Virus record (IMG/VR): IMGVR_UViG_3300025133_009393
Reading direction: 5' to 3' (one strand)
DNA: 64,000 nucleotides
DNA from: a virus
Shown here: positions 62,495 through 64,000 of the stretch, piece by piece
Position numbering within the stretch: position 1 is the first letter of the stretch
Layout of the letters: the number at the start of each line of letters is the position of its first letter
Made by a program: the position numbers and the translations under genes
Notes under the pieces: model-generated
What the model was told of the DNA's origin: nothing
The model's database searches: none
The model's input: the letters and a program-made list of their open reading frames with translations, nothing else

Positions 62495-64000
62495 TTAAGT
62501 AGAAGCCATGCCAGTGACTACCCACTGCATCATGCTGGCATTCGCTCCGACACATACAATATCAACATAGTCGCCTACTACGCATTGACTGCCAGAAAAA
62601 TACAAGAAATCCTTGCCGTCGCCGGAAGGTCCGGTCCCGTCAAAAGATATTGCACCTGGGGTTCCATTGCTGGAAGCATCATTGATATAGCCAAAAAGGT
62701 AATCATTTGTTTCATCGCCTCTAGCGATTTTTATTGAACCAACGTTGGCATTTACTATCATTGCACGGAAATGATAACCCATGAATTGAAATGCCTGGTT
62801 GGTATTAACAGCTGTGGGCAAAGTAATGGTGGCAACACTGGCGCCGCCGTTGGATGCCTGGGTTTGAGTTAACTTAAAGATGCCGCCACTATAGCCCATC
62901 GCAGAAGTTACGTGCATGCTGGACAGATTTAAATCAGATCCACTGATTGCGGTCATCGTCTTCTTGGACATCCAGCCGCCATAAGCTCCATTATCTGCAG
63001 ATGCCGCGTTAAAAACACCGTCATAGGTCTGGAATCGTATAGCAGCATGCGTATCGCCGAGCGTTGCTCCGCGGGAGTGTCGGAAATCGACATAAGGGCT
63101 GGTACTGGCAGTTGAATCCAAATTAACGGACAACATGGCGGTACCGCCATGTTTAAAGTTAATGTTCGCCGCCCCAGCATCTAAATTAATATCGCCGTCG
63201 ACATCAAAAGTGAGATCTGCATTAGCTCCCTCGCTATCAAAAGTGGTAAGGGTTGTTGATCCGCTGCCGGCAACTTTTAAAGAAGCCCAGGCGCTGTGAT
63301 TAGCAGCAATGCCGCTAGCTGCACCAGGCTGTGGTCGTGTCCATATCTTAAAAGATCCTGAAGTTGTTTCAAAGTCAAAGGCAGAGCTGCCGTCGTTGTT
63401 GATTGCTACTCGGCCTGATTCTGTATCTAGCTCGATATCTCCATCGACGTTAAAATATAAATCAGCGTTATCTGCATCGTCGTCAACAGTTGAAATTGTC
63501 GTTGCGCCATGTTGCGCAACCTGAATTTTAAATAAATCACCCGTATCCTGATCATCATAAATCGTAAATGCTGTATTATCACAGTCAAGTAAGAAATGAG
63601 GATCTTTGTTGTCTTTGATGTATACTTGACCGCCGTCTGAATCAAGGTAAATATCACCTGAAGATGAAAGAACTAAATTGCCGGTGCTGGTTGAAGCGCT
63701 AACATATGTGGTACCAGTACTCCAGCCAACTTTATGGCCGAGTGGAAGGAGTATTCCACTGGTGCCAAATCTAAACGATTCGTCGCTATTTACGTCGGAA
63801 AATAACACGGCGTCGGCAGTTGCTACGTTAATAGAGCCTCTTAGGGTACCGCCTCCTTTCAAGTCGATTGTGTCGCCGGCAGCATCTAAAATAATATCTC
63901 CCGACGCATCAATTATTGCATCTGTAGCTGCCCATGTTGTATCGCCGTCACTAGCCACTGTAAAAGTCGAAGCGTTAGAGTCATCATATGACAATTTAAG
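62495..64000 (-). CDS. fibre-like virion protein, 5' end outside the window
   Basis: G/S/T/D-rich beta repeats (D..GDI.LD); frame open to the window edge. Confidence 0.7.
   Translation of the reverse strand, partial: LKLSYDDSNASTFTVASDGDTTWAATDAIIDASGDIILDAAGDTIDLKGGGTLRGSINVATADAVLFSDVNSDESFRFGTSGILLPLGHKVGWSTGTTYVSASTSTGNLVLSSSGDIYLDSDGGQVYIKDNKDPHFLLDCDNTAFTIYDDQDTGDLFKIQVAQHGATTISTVDDDADNADLYFNVDGDIELDTESGRVAINNDGSSAFDFETTSGSFKIWTRPQPGAASGIAANHSAWASLKVAGSGSTTLTTFDSEGANADLTFDVDGDINLDAGAANINFKHGGTAMLSVNLDSTASTSPYVDFRHSRGATLGDTHAAIRFQTYDGVFNAASADNGAYGGWMSKKTMTAISGSDLNLSSMHVTSAMGYSGGIFKLTQTQASNGGASVATITLPTAVNTNQAFQFMGYHFRAMIVNANVGSIKIARGDETNDYLFGYINDASSNGTPGAISFDGTGPSGDGKDFLYFSGSQCVVGDYVDIVCVGANASMMQWVVTGMAST

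Noticed and set aside
186-63524. Plus-strand ORFs in the track
   Set aside because: They lie antisense to well-supported minus-strand genes or tRNAs and show no recognisable motifs
1-64000. Stop-codon reassignment
   Set aside because: Conserved genes are full length in code 11; TAA, TAG and TGA all end genes; no suppressor tRNA was found
61524-64000. Diversity-generating retroelement targeting fibres
   Set aside because: No reverse transcriptase, and the repeats differ at all base types rather than only adenines

Overview
The window is 64 kb of a large, uncultured-type myovirus genome. Every credible gene lies on the minus strand and uses the standard genetic code. In transcription order (right to left) it carries: (1) fibre-like proteins and a T4-superfamily head and contractile-tail module (scaffold, gp23-like capsid, neck, sheath, tube, tail chaperone, tape measure, baseplate); (2) a replication and nucleotide module (minimal PolA domain, tubulin/FtsZ-like protein, gp32-like SSB, RecA, 5'-3' exonuclease, DnaB, class II RNR, ThyX, DNA MTase, DnaE, dUTPase, IMPDH, PurA); (3) host-like proteostasis genes (GroEL, GroES, ClpP, FKBP, peptide deformylase, glutaredoxin) and five tRNAs; (4) an early region of small genes. 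The most unusual element is an array of ~55-75 aa 'MKVGDLV...ESR' microgenes at 1-6.3 kb. They are chained by a repeated 14-nt overlap (RTGAAAGTCGGTGA) that is both the stop of one gene and the start of the next, and the RBS is often built into the preceding codons. This suggests a shuffle-ready, translationally coupled cassette system. Other notable observations are a CTAWTTA late-promoter regulon of probable capsid-packaged proteins, sigma70-like promoters that nearly all have a 16-nt spacer, a +1/-2 frameshift candidate in the tail chaperone, tandem AUA-reading tRNA-Ile(CAT) and tRNA-Ile(TAT), and a G-tract leader on purA. All calls come from reading motifs by eye; no database searches were run.
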